Made by a program: the position numbers and the translations under genes
Shown here: positions 12,909-23,271 of the stretch, piece by piece
Numbering within the stretch: position 1 is the stretch's first letter
Layout: each line of letters opens with the position of its first letter
Notes under the pieces: generated by a model
What the model saw: only the letters and a program-made list of their open reading frames with translations
The model's database searches: none
What the model was told of the DNA's origin: nothing
NCBI GenBank assembly: GCA_050298595.1
Contig: JBNKUM010000067.1
Location: forward strand, 2,976-66,975
Length of the DNA stretch: 64,000 nt
Direction: 5' to 3'
Source: Gammaproteobacteria bacterium
GTDB lineage: Bacteria; Pseudomonadota; Gammaproteobacteria; GCA-001735895

Positions 12909-13973
12909 CTACAAAACCACCGGGAATTCCCCATGATGGTAAAAGGCATCTAGCTGATTGCTGCAGGATTCCAGATCAAAGTTGTTATCCGCCAGCCATT
13001 CATCATTGTAGTAGGTATGCTGGTAGCGCTCGCCACTATCGCACAACAGTGATACCACGCTGCCACTTTGACCCTTTTTATGCATCTCTGCCATAACCTG
13101 GAACGATGCGTAAACATTTGTCCCTGTCGATCCTCCACAACGTCGGTTGAGTAATTTCTGCAGGTAGTGGATGGTGGCTATAGAGGCTTCATCTGGAACC
13201 TTTATCATGTTGTCGATAACGCCAGAGATGAATGATGGCTCTACCCTTGGACGACCGATGCCTTCTATACGCGAGCCGCTGTTGATGGCGATGGAAGTAT
13301 CGCCGGTTTTGAAGTAATCGTAAAAAACCGAGTTTTCAGGGTCGGCTACACAGAGCTGGGTATTATGTTTTTTGTAGCGCACATAGCGGCCTAAAGTGGC
13401 CGAGGTGCCTCCGGTGCCAGCACTCATGACCAGCCAGCTGGGTTCGGGAAAGCGTTCGCAGGACATCTGCGCGAATATCGAATCAGCAATATTGTTGTTA
13501 CCGCGCCAGTCGGTGACACGCTCGGCATTAGTGAATTGATCGACATAGTGTCCGTTTAAATCCTCTGCCAGTCGTCTGGCTTCGGTATAGATATCGCCAT
13601 TGTCTACCAGATGGCATTCGCCCTGATAGAAACAGATCTGGCCGATTTTTTCCTGCGAGGTGCCGCGTGGCATTACCGCGATAAAACGCAGGCCTAACAG
13701 CTTGGCAAAATAGGCTTCGGAAACCGCCGTACTACCGGATGAGGATTCAATAATTGCAGTATCTTCATTGATGTTACCGTTACACAGCCCATACAGGAAC
13801 AGGGATCTGGCGAGTCGATGTTTCAGACTGCCGGTAGGGTGAGTGGATTCGTCTTTCAGATAAAAATCTATCTCCGGCAGGGCGGGTAGATCGACCCGGA
13901 TCAGATGGGTATCGGATGAGCGTTGAAAATCGGCTTCTATGGTAGCTATAGCCTGGTTGACCCATTCTCGCAT
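12909..13973 (-). CDS. PLP-dependent cysteine synthase / tryptophan synthase beta-fold (fold type II) family enzyme
   Basis: A PTGSLKHR lysine motif and a glycine-rich [12 protein letters not shown] loop. It is about 354 aa. Confidence 0.7.
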   Translation of the reverse strand: MREWVNQAIATIEADFQRSSDTHLIRVDLPALPEIDFYLKDESTHPTGSLKHRLARSLFLYGLCNGNINEDTAIIESSSGSTAVSEAYFAKLLGLRFIAVMPRGTSQEKIGQICFYQGECHLVDNGDIYTEARRLAEDLNGHYVDQFTNAERVTDWRGNNNIADSIFAQMSCERFPEPSWLVMSAGTGGTSATLGRYVRYKKHNTQLCVADPENSVFYDYFKTGDTSIAINSGSRIEGIGRPRVEPSFISGVIDNMIKVPDEASIATIHYLQKLLNRRCGGSTGTNVYASFQVMAEMHKKGQSGSVVSLLCDSGERYQHTYYNDEWLADNNFDLESCSNQLDAFYHHGEFPVVL

Positions 13974-14041
13974 TTTTGTCCTCGGTTTGTATACTGACTA
14001 ATTTTTAATTGCAATGATCTTTTATTGCAACTCAGTATAGT

Positions 14042-15244
14042 ATGCCCGCTAACGAAACTAAACAAGAACGCTATATGTTTAACCGCAATCAATTAATCAT
14101 TGTTTATTGCACCATCATTGCATTTGCGATTTTGTACGAGCATCAACCCCTGCTGCCGCTGCTCGCCAAACAATGGGGCCGCTCCTTGAGTGACGCTGCA
14201 CTGCTGACTACGGTAACTATGATTCCACTGGCCCTGGCCCCTTTGATTTACGGTTACTTTCTGGAACGTATTTCATCGCGCCACATGTTGATAGGCGGCT
14301 TTTCTCTATTACTGATCACTCAGGCAATTCTATCAACTGCGCCCGGTTATTCATGGTTTCTGGTATTACGTGCGCTTGAAGGTCTGCTTTTGCCCGCTAT
14401 CTTTACTTCACTGATGACCTATACCTCGGCCAGTGGAGGCTCTCATCATTCGCGCCGCAATATCAGCTTTTATATCGCAGCCACTATCATAGGCGGCTAT
14501 TGTGGTCGTACTCTGACCGGTCTGGTGACCGATCTGTATAACTGGCAAACCTCGTTCTGGATGTGGTCAACCCTGGCTCTGGTCGCTGTCCTCAGTCTAC
14601 TCAAGCTGGATACCGATCCTCGCGGTCAACTGGTTAAGATATCCCTGCCCGAAATACGAAAACTGATCCGTAAGCCGGTGAACCGAGAAGGTCTGATCGG
14701 TGCATTCCTGCTATTTTTTGTCTCAGCCGCGATGATGAACTTCCTGCCCTTTCGCATCTTTGAACTCAAGCCCGATATAACTACAGGTACCATGTCGCTG
14801 GTATATACCGGTTATCTGATAGGTGCTGTTATTTCTGTATTTTCTACCCGTATCATTCCCTTATTCGGTAGTGAAAAGCGTACGCTGCTCACTGCAGCGG
14901 TTATATACGCCACAGGAGCCTTGCTGTTTATGGCTGAACAGATTGCAGTACTTTATCTCGCCATGTTTGTGATGATGGCTGGGATGTTTAGTATCCACAG
15001 CGTGCTTTCAGGCTATCTCAATCATCTGGAATCTTCGCGCAAGGGTATGATTAATGGTTTGTATGTATCCTGTTACTATAGCGGTGGTGTTCTCGGGTCT
15101 TTTGTTCCAGGCCTGCTATACCAATCGGCAGGATGGGTCGCTTTTTGCCTGCTATTGATTAGCCTGATTGGCCTGCTGGGTGTTATGATCTTGCTGATGC
15201 CGAGTTCTGGCAATCACGCAAGTGATAAACTGGTGAGCAGATGA
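14042..15244 (+). CDS. MFS transporter
   Basis: A 400-aa protein with about 12 predicted TM segments. It is divergent from the PLP-enzyme gene. The start may instead be the Met at 14075. Confidence 0.8.
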   Translation: MPANETKQERYMFNRNQLIIVYCTIIAFAILYEHQPLLPLLAKQWGRSLSDAALLTTVTMIPLALAPLIYGYFLERISSRHMLIGGFSLLLITQAILSTAPGYSWFLVLRALEGLLLPAIFTSLMTYTSASGGSHHSRRNISFYIAATIIGGYCGRTLTGLVTDLYNWQTSFWMWSTLALVAVLSLLKLDTDPRGQLVKISLPEIRKLIRKPVNREGLIGAFLLFFVSAAMMNFLPFRIFELKPDITTGTMSLVYTGYLIGAVISVFSTRIIPLFGSEKRTLLTAAVIYATGALLFMAEQIAVLYLAMFVMMAGMFSIHSVLSGYLNHLESSRKGMINGLYVSCYYSGGVLGSFVPGLLYQSAGWVAFCLLLISLIGLLGVMILLMPSSGNHASDKLVSR

Positions 15245-15306
15245 TCTGCCTCATTTTCAAGCAACTACATGCGCCTAAACTGGCGTTTTTCTCTGGGAAC
15301 TGAGCT

Positions 15307-16518
15307 ATGGATTACGATTTAGCTATCATCGGAGCTGGCCCGGCCGGTCTGAGTTTTGCCCTTTCGCTACGCGACAGCGGGCTTAAAATCGTCGTTATTG
15401 AAAAATTGTCTCGCAAGGAACTGGCCGATCCACCGATAGATGGCCGTGATATCGCGCTCACCCATTTATCGCGCCGCCTGATGCAACAGCACGGTAGCTG
15501 GCAAAGAGTCGATGAGCATCAGATTTCACCGATTATCCGCGCCGAGGTTTTCGATGGCGATTCACCCTATACCCTGGGCTTTGATACCCCCTCTGACGAT
15601 ACCGATGCACTCGGCTTTATCATCTCTAACCACCTGATCCGCAAAGCCATCTATGAAGAATTCAGTACGCTGGACAATGCAACCCTGCTGGATGAGTGCA
15701 TGGTCAAACAGGTATCCACTGATGACAACTGCGGCAGTCTGGTGCTGGATAATGGACAAACTCTGCAGGTTAACCTGATTGTCGCTGCGGACACCCGTTT
15801 CTCTGATACGCGTCGCCAGATGGGCATCTCTGCCGGTTCATACGATTTTGGTCGTAGCGCGGTACTGTGCTGGATGGATCATGAACTCAGCCACAACAAC
15901 ACTGCATTTGAATGTTTTCATTATGGGCAGACCCTGGCGATCCTGCCACTGAGCGGCAACCGCAGCTCGGCAGTCATTACTATGCCCTCCAACGAGGTCA
16001 ACCAGATGCTGGGTATGAGCGAAGAGGATTTTAGTCTGGAGATAGAAAACCGTCTGGGTGGAAAACTCGGCAAGATGACTCAGGTTGGCGAACGCTTTAC
16101 CTATCCTCTGGTTGGTGTGCATGCAAACCGTTTTGCCGCCAGACGTTACGCACTCATCGGCGATGCTGCAGTCGGTATGCATCCGGTGACCGCGCATGGT
16201 TTTAATCTGGGGCTAAGTGGCCAGGACATACTCAAGGATGAAATCATCCACGCCATCCAGCATGGACATGCATACTGGGATATCAGTGTGCTTAGACGCT
16301 ACCAGCAACAACATATGCTATCCACCAGACCTCTATATCATGGCACCAATAGCGTGGTGACCCTGTTTACCAACGATAGCTTCCCTGCCACCCTGATTCG
16401 TAAGGCGGTACTACGCTTGAGTAATAACCTGCCACCAATCAAGTGGGCAATAACTCAGAAACTGATGACCAAGAATCATGTAAAACTGACATTGCCGGGG
16501 TTATTGGGACGCAGTTGA
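15307..16518 (+). CDS. FAD-dependent monooxygenase, UbiH/UbiF/VisC family
   Basis: An N-terminal DLAIIGAGPAGLSFAL dinucleotide-binding motif and a GDAAVGMHPVTAHGFNLG motif. Confidence 0.85.
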   Translation: MDYDLAIIGAGPAGLSFALSLRDSGLKIVVIEKLSRKELADPPIDGRDIALTHLSRRLMQQHGSWQRVDEHQISPIIRAEVFDGDSPYTLGFDTPSDDTDALGFIISNHLIRKAIYEEFSTLDNATLLDECMVKQVSTDDNCGSLVLDNGQTLQVNLIVAADTRFSDTRRQMGISAGSYDFGRSAVLCWMDHELSHNNTAFECFHYGQTLAILPLSGNRSSAVITMPSNEVNQMLGMSEEDFSLEIENRLGGKLGKMTQVGERFTYPLVGVHANRFAARRYALIGDAAVGMHPVTAHGFNLGLSGQDILKDEIIHAIQHGHAYWDISVLRRYQQQHMLSTRPLYHGTNSVVTLFTNDSFPATLIRKAVLRLSNNLPPIKWAITQKLMTKNHVKLTLPGLLGRS

Positions 16519-16712
16519 TCGGGCAGATGCAAATATAACTACCTGTCACCAACCATTGTCGCGAACGCAAGTGAATCGGTCTAACACAGCCAAGTTAAAA
16601 TCCACTGGCTTCGATAACCACCAACAGACTGCCGCGCCTGTCAATTCGTAGTAAAAACAGGAATTCCAGATAGTGTTCGTGAATCACCCTTTGAATGAGT
16701 TATCATTGATTC

Positions 16713-17099
16713 ATGATCACCAAGATACTTTTCACCATTACTATCATCGTTGCAGTTATATTTTATCTGCGCATGAGGAACACTTCAGAAGACTCTACTC
16801 CTGCCAGCGGCAGAGTTCACAGTAGCAAACCCACTGCACCCAGCGAAAATGAGAAAATGTTCCGTCAGGGTGCCTGGCTGTTCCTGATTTTTATGGGCAT
16901 TAGTGCGCTGGTGGTGGTCGTATTTGGCCTGAATGATCAATATACCACTGCCAATGTGCATGTGGTGAATACCCAGACCGGCCAAACAAAGACCTATCAG
17001 GCTGAGATGAAGGATATTAAATCCAACCAGTTCACGACGCTTGAAGGCCGTACCATCTACATCGCAGATATCGAAAGAATGGAAGTTGAACGCGATTAA
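16713..17099 (+). CDS. Small membrane protein, hypothetical
   Basis: Two hydrophobic segments. It is followed 8 bp later by the lipase gene. Confidence 0.45.
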   Translation: MITKILFTITIIVAVIFYLRMRNTSEDSTPASGRVHSSKPTAPSENEKMFRQGAWLFLIFMGISALVVVVFGLNDQYTTANVHVVNTQTGQTKTYQAEMKDIKSNQFTTLEGRTIYIADIERMEVERD

Positions 17100-17142
17100 C
17101 TTTTGATTGTCGAATTCACTTTATATCCACTACTTTGCATGG

Positions 17143-18045
17143 ATGTTTATGACTACAAAATTTTTCAGGTTTTCGCCCTTTCTGTTTTTCATCTTACTGG
17201 TTAATGTTCATATCTTTCAGTCGGCTAATGCCCAGCAGATTGACTTCAAACAGATTCGACAATTTGCCTCTTTGGCAAAAGCAGCCTATGAACCCGAAGA
17301 TATAATCAAACAGGCGGGGTATTTAGAAGGTTATACCCTAAAGCAGTATCGCAATATTCCTGAGGTTGAAGTCACCTACCTGATCGCTATTGATAAGCTT
17401 ACAAAGCAGCCCGTTATCGCGGTACGTGGCACTTCAAATGTCGAAAACGCCCTGGTCGATATCGCCGTTAAACTGCGTGACGATGAACATGCTGGCATCA
17501 AGTTGCACGAGGGTTTCTCACTATCTGCCAGTAAAATCTATCAGGATATTCAACCCCTGCTTGATAAATCTGGCAAAGTCCATTTAACCGGGCATAGTCT
17601 GGGTGGGGCTGTTGCCGTGATTCTGGCTATGTATCTTGATCATGATGGCTTTAATGTGGGTAAAGTTATTACCTTTGGTCAACCCAAGGTCACCAATATT
17701 GCGGGTAGTCGACAATATACCGATATCAATTTAATCCGCGTGGTAACGCCCAGAGATCTAGTGCCACTGGTACCGCCAATGGATCCATTGGATATTCAAA
17801 ATCTGGATGTCTACTGGCATGGTGGAACAGAAGTATTGCTCAACACCGATAACAGCTATTCAATTCTGCAAGGTACGGCCAGTATGTTACGTGCGACCAA
17901 ATTCACCCAACAGATGCTGGATGAGCAAAATCTGGTGAATCATAAGATGGATTTATATTTAAAGCTGATTGATTCGATGATAAAACAGTCTAAGCAGGTT
18001 CCCTTTGAGAATGACTTCAATCTGTTTAATTTGTTTGGTCAGTAA
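17143..18045 (+). CDS. Secreted class-3 lipase family protein (alpha/beta hydrolase)
   Basis: A signal peptide (MFMTTKFFRFSPFLFFILLVNVHIFQSANA) and a lipase_3 GHSLGGAVA nucleophile-elbow motif. The ORF track start at 17107 is probably too early. Confidence 0.8.
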   Translation: MFMTTKFFRFSPFLFFILLVNVHIFQSANAQQIDFKQIRQFASLAKAAYEPEDIIKQAGYLEGYTLKQYRNIPEVEVTYLIAIDKLTKQPVIAVRGTSNVENALVDIAVKLRDDEHAGIKLHEGFSLSASKIYQDIQPLLDKSGKVHLTGHSLGGAVAVILAMYLDHDGFNVGKVITFGQPKVTNIAGSRQYTDINLIRVVTPRDLVPLVPPMDPLDIQNLDVYWHGGTEVLLNTDNSYSILQGTASMLRATKFTQQMLDEQNLVNHKMDLYLKLIDSMIKQSKQVPFENDFNLFNLFGQ

Positions 18046-18079
18046 ACCGCTTTAAACCAGGTGACTTGATAACTAATAT

Positions 18080-18553
18080 CTACGACTGCGCTGCCTGCTC
18101 TTCTCTCAGTTTATCCCGAATCCCCATCAGCAACTTGCCAAAGGCGTTATTGCCGCGCATATCGCGGCCGCTGCCCCAGAAGTAGTCGTACTGGCTTACA
18201 TCAACAATTTCTACCTCGCCTGAATCCAGTAACATTTGCGCAACTTCCGGATGAGTGCGGCATTTGATATACATACCGCGTGTCATATAGGTCACCTTGA
18301 CCATATCCCAGTCCTTGCGCCTTTGGTGTTTTTTGCTTTTGCCCAATTTGGCTGCTTCTTTGGGATGGCTCGTCTGACGGATCTGCGCACTGTATTCGGC
18401 ATCTCCGAATTTCATCGCCTGATAGTAATGCTCAACCGAAGGCCACTCAAAACCATCAAGTTCGAATGCGTGTTTAGAGTAGGAAGCCAGCAGGTGATTG
18501 GGATCATTACGCGTGAGGGTCAGGAGTTTTTTCTCTTTTTGGTCAAAAAACAT
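18080..18553 (-). CDS. NADAR (YbiA-like, DUF1768) family protein
   Basis: WPSVEHYYQAMKF plus the other NADAR signatures. I preferred the internal Met (MFFDQKEK...) as the start, because it is preceded by a GGAAAAG RBS-like sequence. Confidence 0.7.
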   Translation of the reverse strand: MFFDQKEKKLLTLTRNDPNHLLASYSKHAFELDGFEWPSVEHYYQAMKFGDAEYSAQIRQTSHPKEAAKLGKSKKHQRRKDWDMVKVTYMTRGMYIKCRTHPEVAQMLLDSGEVEIVDVSQYDYFWGSGRDMRGNNAFGKLLMGIRDKLREEQAAQS

Positions 18554-18740
18554 TATGCTTTTCCAAATTAGCCATGTGTGGGTAAAATACCATAAAGATT
18601 CCTGATCCAGATTGTTATTCAATTATTGGAGCAAGAATGTCTGAGGCTTTAAACTCCATATTTGAATTTTAACGAATACCTGTTCTCAGTTATTGTCACT
18701 AAACAGGCGTTTATGTCAGTCACCGCTTCAAACAATAAGC

Positions 18741-20369
18741 TCAAGTTTTAACGTCACAGGTTTGACCGGCGATCTTATCTAAATAACTTCTAATATCTCT
18801 TAAAAATTTCTCAAATTTATTTCCAGGCATCTGCTTCAACTGCTCATCCATTACAAAAACAAGGCTTTTTCGGTAAGCATTTTTCGCCAGTCTTACCCTT
18901 TTCTGAAACGCAAAAAATTCATTTTGATCCGGTATTAGTATATGGCTTTTCTGACTATCCTGCTGTAGACGAATCTTGTGAGTAAGAACAAGATCATAAA
19001 TCGAAGATTTAACCGACAGGTTCATTATTTTGACAGGATTACCCGCAACAAAAGGATTTACTTCACCACTATTGTTAGTAATTTTAATAAATCCATCATC
19101 CGTTTCACTTTGTAATTCAACGTATCGAATAGTCTTCCACTTTCCTAAAACAACTAATAGCAACCAGGCAAGAAATGATGGCTTGAGCGGCTTTATTTCA
19201 ATTGCAGTTGCACTAATTTGACTATCACTGGATACAAAAAAACGCAGGAATACTCGTTTACCTAAATACGGCTTGAATCCTTTTGGCTCAAAATCACCCA
19301 ACTTTAAGAAACCCATCTTTTTAATTTCTTTTTCCACTTTATCACAGAATTTTCGCGCAGCCTTATCAAGCTTAGTCGGAGTGAAATCGGCATTCGGGTC
19401 ACGCACATTCTTTGGAATATTCTGAGCGATACTATTCGCAATTTTCTGGTCTGGATTATCCTGCATATCTATATTAATTAATGCGCTGTCTTTTGCTTGA
19501 GTTAATTGATTTTCCTTAACATCTGGTAAATTATTTGCTATAGCACTGTCCTTTAAAACTTCACTCTTTGCTTTAATGTTAAGCAACTCTCCGCGTAGTG
19601 GATTTTCAATCTCCTCAGCGTCATTAAGGCTAACATTCAGACAGTCGTCTCTTTCCTGCTGGATGCTTATTCTAAACTCTTCTGCCTCACTACTAAGAGC
19701 GCTTAAAGCGCTGTCGTATGTGAAAATGGCTAGTTCGAAATCTTTCAGTTGTTTATATAAGCGGGCAATCTTCAGTGGTATTCTGAAATCCTCTTCGTCG
19801 CAATCCATCGCATCATTTAAATCATTTATTGCTTTTTTCAGAGGCCCGACTGCGTAAACTATGCCACAACAATCTTTTAGCTGCTCTTCTGCATCATCAG
19901 GGTGAAGGGAAAGACGTTGGTAAATCGATGCGCGTTCAATGAGTAGATCTTTTTTATTGTCTGGATGCTTTTTGATGGTAGCGTCAACCAGTGATCGCAT
20001 CTCATCGACTCGGTCTAAATCAGCAAGCAAATGAGATTTCTGGGCCAGCAGGGGTAAATTGTTCGGATTATAAAACAGTCCTTTATTAAGCGCTTTAAGC
20101 GCAGTTTCCAGATTTTTGTCTGCCTGATAGATGCGGGATAAACGAATCCATAAACCATAATTTTGTGGGAAAAGCCTGATGCCTTTGCTCAGCATGGCTC
20201 GGGCTTTTCCACGTTCGCCCAAATTTTCGAAGCCAGTAACTACTTCCAGGATGATGTCTAAATTGCTGGCATCTAATTTATACAAATTCTTGAGTATGTT
20301 TAATGCTGCTCTTGGTTTGCCCTCTTTATTCAGCGACCTCGCTTTTTTTAATTCCGCAATACTACCCAT
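18741..20369 (-). CDS. TPR-repeat protein with an uncharacterised C-terminal domain
   Basis: N-terminal TPR repeats. The C-terminal roughly 220 aa have no recognised family. Confidence 0.65.
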   Translation of the reverse strand: MGSIAELKKARSLNKEGKPRAALNILKNLYKLDASNLDIILEVVTGFENLGERGKARAMLSKGIRLFPQNYGLWIRLSRIYQADKNLETALKALNKGLFYNPNNLPLLAQKSHLLADLDRVDEMRSLVDATIKKHPDNKKDLLIERASIYQRLSLHPDDAEEQLKDCCGIVYAVGPLKKAINDLNDAMDCDEEDFRIPLKIARLYKQLKDFELAIFTYDSALSALSSEAEEFRISIQQERDDCLNVSLNDAEEIENPLRGELLNIKAKSEVLKDSAIANNLPDVKENQLTQAKDSALINIDMQDNPDQKIANSIAQNIPKNVRDPNADFTPTKLDKAARKFCDKVEKEIKKMGFLKLGDFEPKGFKPYLGKRVFLRFFVSSDSQISATAIEIKPLKPSFLAWLLLVVLGKWKTIRYVELQSETDDGFIKITNNSGEVNPFVAGNPVKIMNLSVKSSIYDLVLTHKIRLQQDSQKSHILIPDQNEFFAFQKRVRLAKNAYRKSLVFVMDEQLKQMPGNKFEKFLRDIRSYLDKIAGQTCDVKT

Positions 20370-20458
20370 TTAAATATCCTGATACAAAAATCTATGGATT
20401 TATATCAAAGCCTTATTTGATAACATTGCTTGTCCTGAAGATAGCCCATGCTCTAACT

Positions 20459-21217
20459 TCAAAAATCATTACTAACTTCTATAATGTCACTCTCCTGAAT
20501 CAAATCACTATAGCGGTCAGTCTCTATTATCTCTATTGCCAGTCCGGCAAAATGTGCAACCTGCTTCTTGTCATTGATGGTATAAGCAACCCATTGCCAT
20601 TCGCCCGGCCAGAGGGCTGATTTTTCATTCGGGCAGATTTCTTCATCAACAAATAAAAATTCTGGTTCCAACTCCTGTGCCATGATGCGATTCTCATCAC
20701 TCCACTCGGGCAACACCCAGCCAACACGTAGATCCTTATCTTTCTGTTTTGCGTAGGCCAGGGCATCATATTCATAAGAAATTAGCACAGCCTGTGAGTG
20801 AATTTTATTGAGCTGTTTTAGAACGAGCTCGACTGCCTTTAATCCAAAGTTATTCAGGCTGGCTTCTTTCAATTCAATAAAACAGATGGCATCCGGCCAC
20901 TGTGACATGAGTTCAATAAACTGCTCTAGCGTTGCAATTCGGCAATCCTGATATTTATTGCCAAAACGCTCAGCATGCCCTGCGGGGAGATCTTTAATCA
21001 CACTATACGCATGATCAGCAACTATGATTTGCTTCCCGGTCACTTTTAGCAGATGAGCGTCATGACTTAGAACCGGGATCGCATCGGCGGTGATCTGTAC
21101 ATCAGTTTCAACATATTTAGCACCAGACTTGAGTGCATGGCTGAAGCCCTGCAGGCTATTTTCAGGGAAAGTTGAGGGTTGGCCTCTATGTGCCACTAAA
21201 GAAACTCGACCCATCAT
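20459..21217 (-). CDS. Glycerophosphodiester phosphodiesterase (GDPD family)
   Basis: An HRG motif (LVAHRGQP), E..D.Q and the other GDPD signatures. Confidence 0.85.
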   Translation of the reverse strand: MMGRVSLVAHRGQPSTFPENSLQGFSHALKSGAKYVETDVQITADAIPVLSHDAHLLKVTGKQIIVADHAYSVIKDLPAGHAERFGNKYQDCRIATLEQFIELMSQWPDAICFIELKEASLNNFGLKAVELVLKQLNKIHSQAVLISYEYDALAYAKQKDKDLRVGWVLPEWSDENRIMAQELEPEFLFVDEEICPNEKSALWPGEWQWVAYTINDKKQVAHFAGLAIEIIETDRYSDLIQESDIIEVSNDF

Positions 21218-21423
21218 GGGGCATACTCCTCTTTTATAGTTTCAGGTTGTTTTTTTAGAGAGTATTCAGTATAGCGACAAATCACATGATCTAGTTCAAG
21301 AATGCAGATATTTGTGAATTTTTTTAGAGTGCGTTTAGGTTAAGGGCGAAGCGGGAAGCCAGAGCCAAGCAAAAATCTGTCACTGCGCTCGTGATATACA
21401 GTACATCCTGTACATAACAATGG

Positions 21424-21765
21424 TTAATTCATATAGGCTCTGGCTTCTTCGCCGGGATTGGGTAATCCAGCCATTTTCCACAGATTCAGACAGCTACCAA
21501 ACTGCTGCTTAAGCTCACGTTTATCGAGACCAGCCGACTTACATACGCTACGCATGGGCGGTAATGCACCTAGTCTCATGTATTTATCTCGAATAATGTC
21601 GATCAAATGCCAGTGCTGTTGAACCAGTTCGATGCCAGCTTCTTCCGCTCTACGTACAGTAAAGGATTCGGTCCAGTCGACTGGATTAATCAGATAACCG
21701 TCTTCGTCCAGTATTTGCTTATTCTGCAAATTTTCTATGTTGTTTTCAGTTTGTATATGAAGCAT
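21424..21765 (-). CDS. TusE/DsrC/DsvC family protein lacking the C-terminal catalytic cysteine
   Basis: A 113-aa protein with the DsrC-like core (DEDGYLINPVDWTE...ELVQQHWHLIDIIRDKY). The C-terminus is AGLPNPGEEARAYMN rather than AGLPKPxxC. Confidence 0.65.
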   Translation of the reverse strand: MLHIQTENNIENLQNKQILDEDGYLINPVDWTESFTVRRAEEAGIELVQQHWHLIDIIRDKYMRLGALPPMRSVCKSAGLDKRELKQQFGSCLNLWKMAGLPNPGEEARAYMN

Positions 21766-21869
21766 TTTGGTGCCTCCAATATGGGGTGAGGAGATTATAG
21801 TCAGGCTGCATATATTAAATAAAATAATAAATAATGATTCAATATCATAGTTATTGATACACTCCGCTT

Positions 21870-22790
21870 ATGGAAATCCGTCAACTACAGACTCTGATCA
21901 CCCTGATCAATAATGACTTCAATGTTTCGGTCACTGCTGAAAAGCTATTTCTGGTTCAATCAGCAGTATCTCAACAGTTAAAACGTCTGGAGCTGGAGCT
22001 GGGTAGCGGTTTATTTATACGCAAGGGTAAGCGTATGACCGGCCTCACCCCATTTGGCGAACAGGTCGAACAACTGGCGTATGAAGCAATTCAGGTATTT
22101 AAAAATATTGAACGCCTGGCAGAGGATCAACTGCAACACAGCCAGGGCATACTACGTATTGGCTGTACGCATACTCAGGCGCGCTATATATTGCCAGCCG
22201 TAATCAATCTGTTCAATCGCAGCTACCCGGATGTTGAGCTACAGATGCATCAGGGCAATCCGCAACAGCTGGTTGAATGGGCCGTCCACGATGTAGTGGA
22301 TTTTTCTATCTGCACGGAAGAACTTGCTCAATCAGATAAGCTTGAGAGCATCCCCTGTTATCGTTGGAATCGTTGTCTTATCACTCTGCCTGATCATCCG
22401 ATTCAGCAACTGCAAAAGCCCACACTGGCTGACCTGTGCAAATATCCCATTGTTACCTATGTCGTGGGGTTTACCGGGCGTAAAAGTTTTAATCAAACCT
22501 TCGAAAAAGAAAAGCTTAAACCCAACACCGTACTCAGTGCTGCGGATACCGATATCATCAAGACCTATGTGCTGGATGGATTAGGCATTGGGGTCATCGC
22601 CAGTATGGCTTACAATGAAAACATTGACAAACAGCTTTGCTTTAAAGATTTAAGCCATCTTTTCCCCTGGGAAACCACCCGCATCGCCTACCTGAAAAAT
22701 AAGTATATTCGACGTTATCAGCAAACCTTTATCGATTTGTTTCTGGAAACCATCCGCAAAGATCAAAGCTCCCGGTTCGAAGCCTTATAG
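21870..22790 (+). CDS. LysR-family transcriptional regulator (CysB/Cbl-like)
   Basis: The N-terminal HTH (NVSVTAEKLFLVQSAVSQQLKRLE) is similar to CysB. A LysR substrate-binding domain follows. Confidence 0.8.
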   Translation: MEIRQLQTLITLINNDFNVSVTAEKLFLVQSAVSQQLKRLELELGSGLFIRKGKRMTGLTPFGEQVEQLAYEAIQVFKNIERLAEDQLQHSQGILRIGCTHTQARYILPAVINLFNRSYPDVELQMHQGNPQQLVEWAVHDVVDFSICTEELAQSDKLESIPCYRWNRCLITLPDHPIQQLQKPTLADLCKYPIVTYVVGFTGRKSFNQTFEKEKLKPNTVLSAADTDIIKTYVLDGLGIGVIASMAYNENIDKQLCFKDLSHLFPWETTRIAYLKNKYIRRYQQTFIDLFLETIRKDQSSRFEAL

Positions 22791-22791
22791 G

Positions 22792-23217
22792 TTAATCAGT
22801 ATCGCGCACCTTCGAACGCAGATTTTTGATCTGTCCTTTATGAGTTTTTGAATCCATACGTTTTCGTTTTGCCGCTCTGGAGGGTTTAGTTGCAATTCGC
22901 TTCTTCTGACTGATGTTGACACTCTTTATCAATTCAGCCAATCGAGCGAATGCATCATCACGATTTTTTTCCTGAGTCCGATATCGTTGCGCCTTAATCA
23001 CTATGACGCCTTCTTTACTGATACGTTTATCCTTCAGATTAAGCAGGCGCTGTTTATAAAAGTCAGGCAGGGACGAACTTTCAATATCAAAGCGGCAATG
23101 TATCGCACTGGAAACCTTATTGACGTTCTGGCCACCTGGACCCTGTGCGCGGATGGCTTCGAGCTCTATCTCGGTTTCGGGCAGTGAAACGTTAGAAGAA
23201 ATCTTTAACGCAATCAT
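22792..23217 (-). CDS. arfB: Alternative ribosome-rescue factor, peptidyl-tRNA hydrolase ArfB
   Basis: A GGQ motif (GPGGQNVNK) and a basic C-terminal tail. Confidence 0.85.
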   Translation of the reverse strand: MIALKISSNVSLPETEIELEAIRAQGPGGQNVNKVSSAIHCRFDIESSSLPDFYKQRLLNLKDKRISKEGVIVIKAQRYRTQEKNRDDAFARLAELIKSVNISQKKRIATKPSRAAKRKRMDSKTHKGQIKNLRSKVRDTD

Positions 23218-23271
23218 ATTGTTCGCATGGGAGGTTAGATATTAATACCTGTATAGCCTTTTGTAGGTTGG

